Shown: positions 8,671-18,257 of the stretch, in pieces
How the letters are laid out: each line of letters starts with the position of its first letter
Position numbering within the stretch: the stretch's first letter is position 1
Assembly: GCA_052139695.1 (NCBI GenBank)
Contig: JBKQWF010000309.1
Span: 7,829-71,828, forward strand
Direction of reading: 5' to 3'
Source: Limisphaerales bacterium
GTDB taxonomy: Bacteria; Verrucomicrobiota; Verrucomicrobiia; Limisphaerales; Palsa-1400
Length of the DNA stretch: 64,000 nt
Notes under the pieces: model-generated
What the model was told of the DNA's origin: nothing
Seen by the model: only the letters and a program-made list of their open reading frames with translations
Databases searched by the model: none
Program-made: the position numbers and the translations under genes

Positions 8671-10266
8671 CTAAAGGCACACCAGGGAAATGGCCTTGGG
8701 CAACCGGACGACGACTGTCCCCGCAATCTTGTCATGCCAGCCTTGCTTCTGCCCATCCCAGCCGATCCAGAAAAAGCCCAGGAAGAAAACGAAAGCCGAA
8801 AACACTGCCGCGATGCTGCGCACGATGGCAGTCAGAAAACTGATAGGCAGCCCGTCTTCGCGCACAACTTGCAAATTGAGCACGATTCCGCCAACGGTTG
8901 TTCCCTTCCAGGCCCACATACCCGCGAAGTAAGCCACTGCCACGAAGATGGCGAACGGCCCAACAATCGGCGTCGTCAAACAAACCAGGACAATGTCCAG
9001 GAAACCCGCGCCCATGCGTTCCCAGAAGCCCGCCCGTGGATAGGCCAGCGCGCGAGGCGGGCTGATCGGAGGACCGGCATTCGCGGTGGCCAAAAGCGGC
9101 ACGGCGTACGTTGGCCCGGCTGGCGCGGGCGATGGACCTGTTGTGGCCGAAGCCGAGGTCGCTGGATCGATGGACCCCGATGCCGCCGGCGCGGGCGCGG
9201 ATGGCGGCTGAGAAAAGCTCGCGCCTGGCCCCGGCGGAACAAATCCCGGCGGCGGGACGTAGGACGGAGCCGAAGGCCCCGGCGGCGGCATGGCTGGTCT
9301 TTCACGGCGCAAGGCCACAAATACCGCGGTCACGGCCGCTCCAAATCCCCAGAGGCTCACTCCCAGCAAGACCAGCAACCCAATGATTGGAATCAAATAA
9401 AGGAAAGTGAGCAAAACGGTGCCAACCAGAAACGCCCAGAGCGGCGTTTGCCAGCGGTCCCCACCAAAGCCGCTCAACAGTTTGCCGCCCAGGTATTCCA
9501 CAATCGCCACCTTTCCCACGAGAAGCGCCAGCAAACCCGCCGCCAGCAGGAAGGGAATGACAAAAACCCCCAGCACCGTGAGTAAGAGCAGCACAACGAT
9601 AAACGGCATGGCCAGCTTCACCAGGATGCCCACTGCCAGCGTAGTGGCGGGGCGCGCTGAAACTTGATTGACGCAGCATTGCACCGGGTGCGGAAACAAA
9701 ACGGCGATCAGGAAATAGACCAGATAAAGCACCCCAACGAGCCACCAGATCCAGCCGACATGAAAGGAAAGCGGACGCAGTTCCATGACGCAATAGCGCA
9801 CCCAATTCCGCAGCCAATGCAGGTGCAAAAAGCCGCCGGGTGCGCTGCCAATGCCGACTTCCTGCGCCTGGCCTTCAACCATGGCGCCGTCAGCCAGGGT
9901 CGTTTTGCCGCCGACGGTGACCAAATCGCCATGCACTTTGGCCTGAGGACCCAAACGAACATCACCCATGACCGCAACGACGTTGTCCCCGACATTACCA
10001 TAGATTTCCGCATCGCCGCCAACGACCACGACAACCTGGTCCACGTTCCCATAGACTTTGGCTCCGCCCCCAACGACGACAATGGCTGTCGCTGTCTCAC
10101 CTTCTTTCAATTCCACATCTCTGCCAATCGAGACCATGGCGTCGCGATGAATAGGCGTATTCACGACCACCGCTGCCGCGGAACTTTGCGCGCGCAGGGG
10201 CGCGGAGCAGAACAGCAGGAAAGCGGAGGCTGCCAGGAGTGGATGGACCCATTTAATAGTTTTCAT
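8671..10266 (-). CDS. Multi-pass membrane protein with N-terminal bactofilin-like repeat region, Pro-rich linker and C-terminal RDD domain
   Basis: Signal peptide MKTIKWVHPLLAASAFLLF. Repetitive V-G-G/N-V motifs (VVVGGGAKVYGNV, VVVGGDAEIYGNV, VAVMGDVRLG), hydrophobic segments, a PPPGPSAPSYVPPPG linker, and an RDD-like end (AGFWERMGAGFLD...GWHDKIAGTVVV). Confidence 0.6.
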   Translation of the reverse strand: MKTIKWVHPLLAASAFLLFCSAPLRAQSSAAAVVVNTPIHRDAMVSIGRDVELKEGETATAIVVVGGGAKVYGNVDQVVVVVGGDAEIYGNVGDNVVAVMGDVRLGPQAKVHGDLVTVGGKTTLADGAMVEGQAQEVGIGSAPGGFLHLHWLRNWVRYCVMELRPLSFHVGWIWWLVGVLYLVYFLIAVLFPHPVQCCVNQVSARPATTLAVGILVKLAMPFIVVLLLLTVLGVFVIPFLLAAGLLALLVGKVAIVEYLGGKLLSGFGGDRWQTPLWAFLVGTVLLTFLYLIPIIGLLVLLGVSLWGFGAAVTAVFVALRRERPAMPPPGPSAPSYVPPPGFVPPGPGASFSQPPSAPAPAASGSIDPATSASATTGPSPAPAGPTYAVPLLATANAGPPISPPRALAYPRAGFWERMGAGFLDIVLVCLTTPIVGPFAIFVAVAYFAGMWAWKGTTVGGIVLNLQVVREDGLPISFLTAIVRSIAAVFSAFVFFLGFFWIGWDGQKQGWHDKIAGTVVVRLPKAISLVCL

Positions 10267-10733
10267 AAGCGATATTCGTTTGTGGAGGCAAAGGCGTAGC
10301 GGAAGAAAAGCGTGCCGAAGCCGATGCAGGCCGCGTAAACCATCGCGCCGAGAAGGCAAACCAGCACCAGCCAATTGCCAAGATGACGCACGACAAGCGC
10401 GACCGCGCTTCCCAAGGTCTTTAAGGTGGCCCAAACGCATCCCGCGTCCGCGGCCCAGCGAGAGAGCGACGGGGACGCCTCAGTCGTTAGAGCGATTCCC
10501 GCGGTGCGCCAAGCGAGGAATACTGCCGCCAGCACGCACAAAGCCGAAAGCAAATAGGCCATGCGCCACGCTGCCGGCCACGAGGACCACGAGCGGGGTT
10601 GCCGCGCTGGCGCCGATTGAGCCAGGGTTTTCATCGTCCGCGCCACCAAGCCGCGCGGCGCAAGGAGCTCTGGCAGTTCTTTCAAACGCCGATCGATTTG
10701 CGCTTCCAGATTTGGGTCAAAGTCAGGGATCAT
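10263..10733 (-). CDS. Membrane-anchored anti-sigma factor (putative)
   Basis: Small protein with a cytoplasmic N-terminus and hydrophobic segments. ATGA overlaps join it to the sigma gene (10730-10733) and to the downstream gene (10263-10266). Confidence 0.5.
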   Translation of the reverse strand: MIPDFDPNLEAQIDRRLKELPELLAPRGLVARTMKTLAQSAPARQPRSWSSWPAAWRMAYLLSALCVLAAVFLAWRTAGIALTTEASPSLSRWAADAGCVWATLKTLGSAVALVVRHLGNWLVLVCLLGAMVYAACIGFGTLFFRYAFASTNEYRL

Positions 10734-11281
10734 TGGGGCCTCCAATCGTCTCGCAAAACCGGACCAAGCTTCTTGCGCAACGCCTCGCGTCCGCGGAAGA
10801 CATCGGTCTTCACCTTGCCGAGCGAAATGCCGAGCCGGGCGGCGATTTCTTCATACTTCAACCCTTCCATGTGGAATAAGACCAGTGGCACGCGTTGGGC
10901 CGCGGGCAGGCGCCTCAAGCCTTGCTCGACCAGGCGGCGTTGTTCCGCCCGCGCCAGGTCGTCTTCGACATTGTCCGGTCCGGCGAACTCCACCTCTGCC
11001 GTTTCGCCGGCTTCATTGGCGGGGAAAAGATCGGAGAAAAAGCTCCAGCGCGAACGGTAGCGGGAAAGATGGTTCAGACTCAGGTTGACCGCGACGGTTT
11101 TCAGCCAGCCCGGGGCGCGCGGGTTTTCGCGCAATTCCTCGAAGTGCTCGAAGGCCCGGAGGAAGACTTCCTGCGAGATGTCCTCGGCTTCGCTCATGTT
11201 GCCGACCAGACGCATGGCGGTGCTAAAAACCATATTTTGGTAATTTCGCATGAATGCTTCGAATTGCTGGGCGTCCGTCAT
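10730..11281 (-). CDS. ECF-type RNA polymerase sigma factor (sigma-70 family group 4)
   Basis: MTDAQQFEAFMRNYQNMVFSTAMRLVGNMSEAEDISQEVFLRAF... (region 2) and a region 4 HTH, YEEIAARLGISLGKVKTDVFRGREAL. Confidence 0.85.
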   Translation of the reverse strand: MTDAQQFEAFMRNYQNMVFSTAMRLVGNMSEAEDISQEVFLRAFEHFEELRENPRAPGWLKTVAVNLSLNHLSRYRSRWSFFSDLFPANEAGETAEVEFAGPDNVEDDLARAEQRRLVEQGLRRLPAAQRVPLVLFHMEGLKYEEIAARLGISLGKVKTDVFRGREALRKKLGPVLRDDWRPQ

Positions 11282-11496
11282 GGCCGGTGATCGACCGTCG
11301 ATAACGGAGATTACGCCCAGCACGGGACCGGAAGCAAAACAGTTTCAATTTCATTAACAATCAGCTTGTTCATTGCTCTGCCTCATTAACCCGCCGGGAA
11401 TGTTGATTGTTTCAGAAATTTTACATTGCCGCTCGACCGGAAAGTTATTCAGGAGTTTTCATGGACTCCGTCCTCGACCAAGGATGAATGCCAAAA

Positions 11497-13776
11497 CTAT
11501 GGTCCAATCACCACCACGTCTTTTGTTCTGGACTCTGGGGTGACTCGCAGGCGGGTGACTTGGCCGTTTTCGATGTGGCCTTGGACGGAGGTTTGATACG
11601 GGGCGTGCAGTTTGAAATCGGCCGTCCAGGCTTTGGGCCAGGCGGAGATCAACTGGATGCGGCGGCCGTCGCATTGCATCACCATGAGTTGAAGCGATTC
11701 CATCCCGGCGCCGCCGTTGTCCATGTCGGGTATCCAATCGCTGTTCTTTGACCAAAACCATTTGAACCGTTGGTTGCCATAAGAGCTGAAGGCCGTCTCG
11801 ACCGCTTTTTGGGCTTCTTCAGTCAAACCTAAAAGTGCCGCTTCCTCCCCGTCCTGGCCCCAGCATTTTTTAAAAGGAAAGAGGCGGGCCGCGTAGGTGT
11901 TGCGGGCCAGTTCGAGATCGGGCTTGCCTACGCCGTAGAAGCGATAGGGAAAAACGCTATACAATTCCGGGTTTTCACTGTTCCGCGTCGGTCCATACTT
12001 CTCGGCGGGAAGAATAGTGGGTTTCCCGCCCCGATCACCGCGGACTTGGCGGGGGAGTTTTCCGTGGCTGGTCGTGCCCAGGGGAATCGGGGGCAGGTCT
12101 CGCAACACCTTCGACCATAAGTCCCGCTGCGGCTGGGTGGCCAATTCCGGCGGCAAGGCGAGCAAGCGCGGCAAAACGCATCTTAATCCCGCGATGTCCG
12201 GCGTGGGATTAACGGCGTCCCTTTGATACGTTTCAATCGATTGGCTGGGCGACATGACCATCTTCCCACCGGGACCGCGCGGCCAGTGCTGGTCGTAATA
12301 GGTGACCACCGCCTCCGCCATCGGCAGGACGGAATGGCGGGCAAAATCCGCGTCCTCGGTATAGTCGTAGCGATCGAGCATTTGCGCCAGGACCTCCAGG
12401 CCGCCTTGGATATGGTAGCGCATCCATTCGCTCTCCAACTCCGGCCCGGGATTATTCCAGCCGAAGTCATTCACGTTCGGCAGGCCCCAGAAATACATGG
12501 TCTCAATAAACGCGGCGCCGTCGTGATGAAAGTATTGACGCGCGCGGTCCCTGGCCAGCGGGATGTCCCGCACATACATATCCAGCCAGGGCGCCAGGAG
12601 GTCGTAATCTCCAGCCGCCAGCATCGGCCAATAAAGTTGCCGCTCGTTTTGATTCCAAAAGGAATTGCCCCACGCCCGGTAATCGGGATCATGGCCGCTT
12701 TCCGAGGAGCTTTCGTTCGGTGGCAGTTTGTGTCCCACCGTAAAAAGCGAGCCGTTGAATTTCATCGGTTGCGCGCCCCGTCCGGCGCAGGCATTCATGA
12801 AACGCTGGATGGCGTAGCTTTGCGAAACCGCATCCGCGCCGGGCGTGCCACTCAGATGGAGCCAGCTTCGGTTCCAAAACGCCGCCCACCACTGCTCATG
12901 GGCCTGGCGCGCGGCTTTAATATTGACGCTGTCAGCAGCTTTGATGAGGCGGTCCAAATCCATGCGCCATGACTGCGGAGTGTCCGTTTGTTCCGTCAAG
13001 GCATATAAATCCAGGCGGTGCGACGGACGGGACGCGGAAGAACGCAAGGTCAAATCATCGGCGCTGGTCAATCCCGGTCCTTTTATCCCGATGCCAAAGC
13101 AGCGGTGCAAAAGCGGGTCCGGATAATTCGGCAACAAGGACTCCAAATGCTCCTTTTGGAAAACCAACGGATAGATGCTCCGCGAGTTGAAGTGGCTCCA
13201 GGACACGACATTGTCCTGGGCCGGCAAAACCGTATCCGCCTCGAAGGTCAAGCCATCCGGGTTGTTGCCCCATTCAAAAAAGCCCGCCTGTGAAACGGCC
13301 TTGGCATCCAGGTGATAGGTCTTTGAGCGCCAAATCTGCGACGTTGCTTCCAGTTGAACAGCCTGTTGGCAGTCCGCTTCGACATGCGCCACGGGATGGT
13401 TCGCATCCACCCAGATACGAACGACGTTTTCGCCTGATCTCAGTTCGATTTCGCCTGTCTCCAATCGCAAGGTTTGGGTGAGCGAAGCCGCCGAGATGAA
13501 TGGGTTCGGCGTCAGTTTGACACGCACTTCTCCCGCTTTCAGCAATTGGCCGTTTTCGCTCCAGGCGTCCGCTTTGGCGATCAGCAAGACGATGTCGCCG
13601 TTTTGTTCCGTCCAGACATTCAACGCGATGTCGCCATTGCCCAGCGGCATGGAATCGTTTTCGTTCGTGCCCAAAGAAGTCCACGACACGTCGTTTGTTT
13701 GGGCGAATTCAATTCCCTGCGCCAGGGCGGCCAAAGGGGAAAGCGCGAGGACCAAAGCCAACAAGGGCGATTTCAT
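11497..13776 (-). CDS. Secreted putative glycoside hydrolase (DUF5703/GH95-like N-terminus)
   Basis: Signal peptide, then SMPLGNGDIALNVWTEQNGDIVLLIAKADAWSENGQLLK, resembling the N-terminal motif of six-hairpin fucosidase-like enzymes. The family assignment is from memory only. Confidence 0.5.
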   Translation of the reverse strand: MKSPLLALVLALSPLAALAQGIEFAQTNDVSWTSLGTNENDSMPLGNGDIALNVWTEQNGDIVLLIAKADAWSENGQLLKAGEVRVKLTPNPFISAASLTQTLRLETGEIELRSGENVVRIWVDANHPVAHVEADCQQAVQLEATSQIWRSKTYHLDAKAVSQAGFFEWGNNPDGLTFEADTVLPAQDNVVSWSHFNSRSIYPLVFQKEHLESLLPNYPDPLLHRCFGIGIKGPGLTSADDLTLRSSASRPSHRLDLYALTEQTDTPQSWRMDLDRLIKAADSVNIKAARQAHEQWWAAFWNRSWLHLSGTPGADAVSQSYAIQRFMNACAGRGAQPMKFNGSLFTVGHKLPPNESSSESGHDPDYRAWGNSFWNQNERQLYWPMLAAGDYDLLAPWLDMYVRDIPLARDRARQYFHHDGAAFIETMYFWGLPNVNDFGWNNPGPELESEWMRYHIQGGLEVLAQMLDRYDYTEDADFARHSVLPMAEAVVTYYDQHWPRGPGGKMVMSPSQSIETYQRDAVNPTPDIAGLRCVLPRLLALPPELATQPQRDLWSKVLRDLPPIPLGTTSHGKLPRQVRGDRGGKPTILPAEKYGPTRNSENPELYSVFPYRFYGVGKPDLELARNTYAARLFPFKKCWGQDGEEAALLGLTEEAQKAVETAFSSYGNQRFKWFWSKNSDWIPDMDNGGAGMESLQLMVMQCDGRRIQLISAWPKAWTADFKLHAPYQTSVQGHIENGQVTRLRVTPESRTKDVVVIGP

Positions 13777-13871
13777 GAAGGAGCACTAGAAGACGGCGCT
13801 TGGATTTACAAGCCATTAAACGTTCTTGCCTGCGAAATGATTTCCGCGCACTTTAAAAATAAACTCCCACT

Positions 13872-15770
13872 ATGCGCCAACCGCGTTCCACGTTCCCACT
13901 TTGGAGTGTCTTTGTTTCCGTCAGCCTCTGTTGTCTTCACGCTGAAGACCAATCCGCTGACACCAACGCGGCTTGGCTGGCCGAGCACTACACCAAGTAT
14001 GAATATCGCATTCCGATGCGAGACGCCGTCCGGCTTTTTACGCGCGTTTTTATTCCAAAGGACGACTCAAAGGCCTGGCCCATCCTGCTCACCCGCACGC
14101 CCTACGCGTTAAAGCCGTACGGCGCGGATAATTACACCGAGGTCAACGGGTCGTTTGCCACTCTGGCGAAAGATCAGTTTATTCTGGTGACACAGGATGT
14201 GCGCGGCCGTTACGGGTCGGAAGGACAATATGAACACGTGCGTCCGTTTAACCCCAACAAAAGCGGGAAGGAGACGGACGAGAGTTCGGATACGTTCGAT
14301 ACCATCGACTGGCTGGTCAAAAACATTCCCAACAACAACGGCAACGTGGGGATATTCGGCCTTTCTTACCCTGGTTTTTATACGTCGATGGGGATGATCG
14401 ATTCGCATCCCGCGTTGAAAGCCGCCTCGCCTCAAGCCCCCATTTCGGATTGGTTCATGGGGGACGATCTCCATCATAACGGCGCCTGGTTTTTGTCGCA
14501 GAACTTCCGCTTTTTCTATTCGTTCGCGCAGCGCCCGGAAGACCCGCTGCGTGACCCGACATTGCCTTTCAACTTCAGGACGCCCGATGGATACGACTTT
14601 TTCCTAAGGATGGGGCCCTTGGGCAATTCGGACACGGTTTTGCTGAAGGGCCGGGCCCCGGAGTGGACGGAGTTCCTGCGCCACCCGGTCTATGACGCCT
14701 TTTGGCAGGCGCGCAACATTCGCCCGCATTTGCGGAATATCCATTGCGCGGTGATGACGGTTGGCGGCTGGTACGATGGCGAGGATTTATTCGGCGCGCT
14801 GGAGACTTATCGTTGGACGCAACGGCAGAATCCGGGCATTACCAACCTGTTGGTCATGGGGCCCTGGGCACACGGGGCCTGGGGCCGAAGTGACGGCGAT
14901 AAGCTGGGGGAGATTTCTTTTCATGCCAAGACCGGCGAGTTTTATCGGGAAAAGATTGAGCTGCCTTTCTTTCGCCATTTTTTGAAAGGTGATACCAATT
15001 ATAGCGCCACAACCGCCCAGGTCTTTGAAACTGGCACCGATCAATGGCGCCGGTTCGATGCCTGGCCGCCGAAACAAGCCGCCCCGCGCACCCTCTTCCT
15101 GCGGGCCGGCGGAGAGCTGAGGTTTGTTCCGCCCGGTGAAGGGGCCGGCGCCTGTGACGAGTTTATCAGCGACCCCGCCAAGCCAGTCCCTTTCACGGCG
15201 GAGATGACTGTCTCCTATCCTGCGTCGTACGCGCTCGAGGACCAGCGCTTTGCCGCCGAGCGGCCGGATGTGCTCGTTTACCAGACGGAGCCGTTGGAGG
15301 AAGATTTGACCTTCGCCGGCCCGATCAAGAGCGACCTCTACGTTTCCACGACCGGCACCGATGCCGATTGGGTGGTGAAGGTGGTGGATATTTATCCCGG
15401 CGACTACCCGGACCCGGAGCCAAATCCGGCCCGCGTGCGGATGGGGGGTTACCAACAATTGGTGCGGGGCGATGTTTTTCGCGGGAGATTCCGCGAGAGT
15501 TTCGAGAAGCCGGAAGCGTTTGAGCCGGGGAAAGTGGCGGCGATTCATTTCACCATGGCGGATGTGTTCCACACTTTCCGGCGTGGCCACCGAGTCATGG
15601 TGCAGGTCCAAAGCTCGTGGTTTCCGCTGGTTGATCGCAATCCGCAGACTTTTGTGGATATTGCCACGGCCAAGCCGGGCGATTTTCATCCAGCCACCCA
15701 TCGGGTCTATCGCGCGGCCGAAGCGGCGTCCTCCATTTCCGTGCAAGTCCTGCCGCCGGGTGGGCTTTAA
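13872..15770 (+). CDS. CocE/NonD family hydrolase (S15 X-Pro dipeptidyl-peptidase-like)
   Basis: WPILLTRTPY, nucleophile elbow FGLSYPGFY, and a long C-terminal jelly-roll-like domain typical of the family. Confidence 0.8.
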   Translation: MRQPRSTFPLWSVFVSVSLCCLHAEDQSADTNAAWLAEHYTKYEYRIPMRDAVRLFTRVFIPKDDSKAWPILLTRTPYALKPYGADNYTEVNGSFATLAKDQFILVTQDVRGRYGSEGQYEHVRPFNPNKSGKETDESSDTFDTIDWLVKNIPNNNGNVGIFGLSYPGFYTSMGMIDSHPALKAASPQAPISDWFMGDDLHHNGAWFLSQNFRFFYSFAQRPEDPLRDPTLPFNFRTPDGYDFFLRMGPLGNSDTVLLKGRAPEWTEFLRHPVYDAFWQARNIRPHLRNIHCAVMTVGGWYDGEDLFGALETYRWTQRQNPGITNLLVMGPWAHGAWGRSDGDKLGEISFHAKTGEFYREKIELPFFRHFLKGDTNYSATTAQVFETGTDQWRRFDAWPPKQAAPRTLFLRAGGELRFVPPGEGAGACDEFISDPAKPVPFTAEMTVSYPASYALEDQRFAAERPDVLVYQTEPLEEDLTFAGPIKSDLYVSTTGTDADWVVKVVDIYPGDYPDPEPNPARVRMGGYQQLVRGDVFRGRFRESFEKPEAFEPGKVAAIHFTMADVFHTFRRGHRVMVQVQSSWFPLVDRNPQTFVDIATAKPGDFHPATHRVYRAAEAASSISVQVLPPGGL

Positions 15771-15783
15771 CCGTATCCATCGA

Positions 15784-15862
15784 GATGGATCGGGAAGCGC
15801 GGGCGTCTCGCCCAGAGCCTTTGGCGTCCCGCCAAAGGCATCCGTATCGCGAGAGGGTTCAC
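15784..15862. repeat. 79-bp GC-rich repeat (second copy of 3160-3238)
   Basis: gatggatcgggaagcgcgg.cgtctcg... About three quarters identical to 3160-3238 by hand alignment. Contains hairpin gcctttggcg-tccc-gccaaaggc. Confidence 0.7.
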
Positions 15863-15868
15863 CAAAAA

Positions 15869-15950
15869 CCCGCTACACCCGCTACGTCGTTGATGGTTAG
15901 GCACTTAACCCGCTACAAAACCCGCTACGGATCCGCCACAGACCCGCTAC
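15869..15950. repeat. Five direct copies of CCCGCTAC in 82 bp
   Basis: Copies at 15869, 15878, 15909, 15921 and 15943, each in the context A-CCCGCTAC-R. Confidence 0.85.
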
Positions 15951-16099
15951 ATTTAGATTCAACTCTTGCAGAGTTGATGATCCAATTGGGGCCATACTAG
16001 GGTAGCTATTTCTTCGGAAGGTAGTGGGTAGGTACATTGCGGTTGTCCAGTTCGATCACCGAGTATCACCAGACACTGGCGTGTCTGGCTAATATCCGA

Positions 16100-16159
16100 G
16101 GTCGCTCCGCGACAGGGGGACGTATCCGGGGTCACGCCGTGACAGGGGGACGTTTCTCG
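16100..16159. repeat. Two tandem 30-bp hairpin units
   Basis: ggtcgctccgcgacagggggacgtatccgg / ggtcacgccgtgacagggggacgtttctcg. Each has a 5-bp stem and the shared ACAGGGGGACGT. Preceded by hairpin ccagacac-tggc-gtgtctgg at 16069-16088. Confidence 0.85.
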
Positions 16160-16338
16160 CAACCTGGGCTAAGTGATTTCAATCCTTGGAAGGATTGTTT
16201 CCGCTCGTCAGCCACAGTCGAAACGAGTTTTACGCAGGTTGGGTTTCCAAAAACGTCCAAACTCAAGAGGCGCGCACGGAGTGCGCGCCCTACCGACCTT
16301 GCCTTGCCCGATAGTTCTAACCGAACGCCAACCGGCCC

Positions 16339-16367
16339 TTGACATTAAGTTAGTGGGCACTAACCTA
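16339..16367 (+). promoter_or_regulatory. Candidate promoter with embedded palindromic TetR-type operator
   Basis: TTGACA at 16339-16344 and taacct at 16361-16366 (16-nt spacer). Perfect dyad GTTAGTG-GG-CACTAAC at 16349-16364, 11 nt upstream of the TetR GTG start. Confidence 0.45.
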
Positions 16368-16374
16368 TGCGCCG

Positions 16375-17076
16375 GTGAAGAAGCAGAGACTCTCGGCAGA
16401 GCAACGCAAGGCCGCCATCGCCCGGGCGGCCCTGCCCCTTTTTGCGCGGCAGGGCTACGCGGAAACCACGACCAAAGATTTGGCGCGGGCGGCGGGCGTT
16501 TCTGAACCGCTTCTTTACAAGCACTTTCCCAGCAAAGAAGCCTTGTACGCGGAAATTCAGAATCTCTGCTGCCAGGACAGTGATCCCACGGTACGCAAAC
16601 TGTCCCGCCTGGTCACTGAACTGGAGCCTTCCACCTCTACCTTGGTTCATCTGGTCTATTATTTAGTCAGAGTGCAAGTGCTGGCCAAGCCTCTCGGCGC
16701 GGTGGAATGGGACACCCGGCAGCGCCTGATGATGAAGAGCTTTCTGGAAGACGGCGCGTTTGCCCGGATGATGTATCAAAGCCGCTTTGACCTCTTTTGC
16801 CAGTGCATTGAGGACTGCCTCAAAGCCGCGGTGGCGGCGGGCGATGCCGTCAAGATACCGCTGACCTCCGGCAACAGCGCCCGTTTTGCCCATCATCTGG
16901 CCGCTTACCTGGCGCTGGTCCACCTGCCTCCCAAACCGGCTGTAAATTATAAGGTGTCGCGGGAAGAGCTGGCCCACCAGGCGGCGTGGTTCATCCTTTT
17001 GGGCATGGGTCTGACGCGCAAAGCTATCGCCGCCAATTATAATCCGAAGGTCCTGGATCTCTATTTTGATTCCTAG
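16375..17076 (+). CDS. TetR/AcrR family transcriptional regulator
   Basis: N-terminal HTH: LPLFARQGYAETTTKDLARAAGVSEPLLYKHFPSKEALY. Confidence 0.9.
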   Translation: MKKQRLSAEQRKAAIARAALPLFARQGYAETTTKDLARAAGVSEPLLYKHFPSKEALYAEIQNLCCQDSDPTVRKLSRLVTELEPSTSTLVHLVYYLVRVQVLAKPLGAVEWDTRQRLMMKSFLEDGAFARMMYQSRFDLFCQCIEDCLKAAVAAGDAVKIPLTSGNSARFAHHLAAYLALVHLPPKPAVNYKVSREELAHQAAWFILLGMGLTRKAIAANYNPKVLDLYFDS

Positions 17077-17102
17077 TTAGCAATTATTCACTTAAAGTCA
17101 GC

Positions 17103-18251
17103 ATGAGAATAGCGTTAAAATCAACGGTGTGCGCCGGCTTCCTGGCCCTTTGGGCCACCGCCTGTCACAGAGCGGACCCGCCGGCCGCCGCGCCGCCGCC
17201 TTCACCCGTGACGGTAAGCCTGCCCATTTCCAAAGATGTCGTCGAATGGGACGAATACCAAGGCTGGGTCGAGTCCGTCGATACCGTCGCCATCCGCGCC
17301 CGGGTTGGGGGGTATCTGGACTCGATCCATTTCAAGGATGGCGCGGAAGTCAAGAAAGGCGATTTGCTCTTTGTCATTGACCCGCGCCCTTACCAAGCGG
17401 ATACGGACCGGGCCGAGGCGGATTTGCTGCAAGCTCAAACCCGCTTCGAGCTGGCAAGCAACGATCTGGCGCGGGCGGAGCGTTTGCTCAAAGCGCGGGC
17501 CATTTCCGTGGAAGAGGCTGACGCTCGTTCCAATGCGGAGCGGACCGCGGCGGCGGCCATTCAATCGGCTCGCGCCGCCGTCGAAATTGCGCGCCTGAAT
17601 TTGGAATACACCCATATCACGGCCCCGATCTCCGGGCGCATTGGCCGCAGAATGGTTACCGAAGGCAATCTCGTCAACGGCGCCATGGGCGAATCGACGG
17701 CCCTGGCGACGATTGTTTCGCTTGATCCGATTTACTGCCGGTTTGACGCAGATGAACGTGCCATTCTCAAGTATCTGACGCTCTCCCGCCAGGGGCATGA
17801 AGAGAATCTGCGCGGCGGAAAATGGCCCTGCGAAATCGAATTGTCCAGCGAGACGAATTTCCCGCACAAGGGCGTGCTGGATTTCGTGGACAACCAGGTT
17901 GATCCCAACACGGGCACGCTGCGGGTGCGCGGCGTCTTCGCCAATCCGGACCGCGTTCTGCAACCGGGATTCTTTACGCGCGTTCGCGTGCCTGGGTCGG
18001 CCCCCTATCCGGCGCTGCTCATTCCCGATCAAGCCATCGGTTCTGACCAGGACCAGAAGTTTGTTTTCACGGTGGACGGGCAGGACATGGTGCAGTACAC
18101 GCCGGTCAAGCTGGGCCCAATAATTGACGGTTTGCGGGTGGTGCGCGAGGGACTTCATGCCAGCGACGCGGTCGTGGTCAATGGCCTCATGACCATCCGG
18201 CCCGGCCTTAAGGTCAGCCCGACGCGCGCGCCTGACGCCCAGCCTCATTAA
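17103..18251 (+). CDS. RND efflux periplasmic adaptor (membrane fusion protein) lipoprotein
   Basis: Lipobox LWATAC, a coiled-coil hairpin region, and the motifs GDLLFVIDPRPY and YTHITAPISGRIG. Confidence 0.9.
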   Translation: MRIALKSTVCAGFLALWATACHRADPPAAAPPPSPVTVSLPISKDVVEWDEYQGWVESVDTVAIRARVGGYLDSIHFKDGAEVKKGDLLFVIDPRPYQADTDRAEADLLQAQTRFELASNDLARAERLLKARAISVEEADARSNAERTAAAAIQSARAAVEIARLNLEYTHITAPISGRIGRRMVTEGNLVNGAMGESTALATIVSLDPIYCRFDADERAILKYLTLSRQGHEENLRGGKWPCEIELSSETNFPHKGVLDFVDNQVDPNTGTLRVRGVFANPDRVLQPGFFTRVRVPGSAPYPALLIPDQAIGSDQDQKFVFTVDGQDMVQYTPVKLGPIIDGLRVVREGLHASDAVVVNGLMTIRPGLKVSPTRAPDAQPH

Positions 18252-18257
18252 ACGCCG

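Noticed and set aside
9080-9300. Low-complexity GC-rich DNA that could be mistaken for a repeat element
   Set aside because: It is in frame within the RDD protein gene and encodes a Pro/Ser/Ala linker, which is compositional bias rather than a DNA repeat.
8641-9585. 314-aa extremely Arg-rich + strand ORF
   Set aside because: It is antisense to the RDD membrane protein gene. The Arg-rich run is the complement of the Pro/Ala/Ser linker codons.
16100-16159. Possible CRISPR array (30-bp direct repeats)
   Set aside because: There are only two directly abutting units with no spacers, the units differ at several positions, and there are no cas genes.
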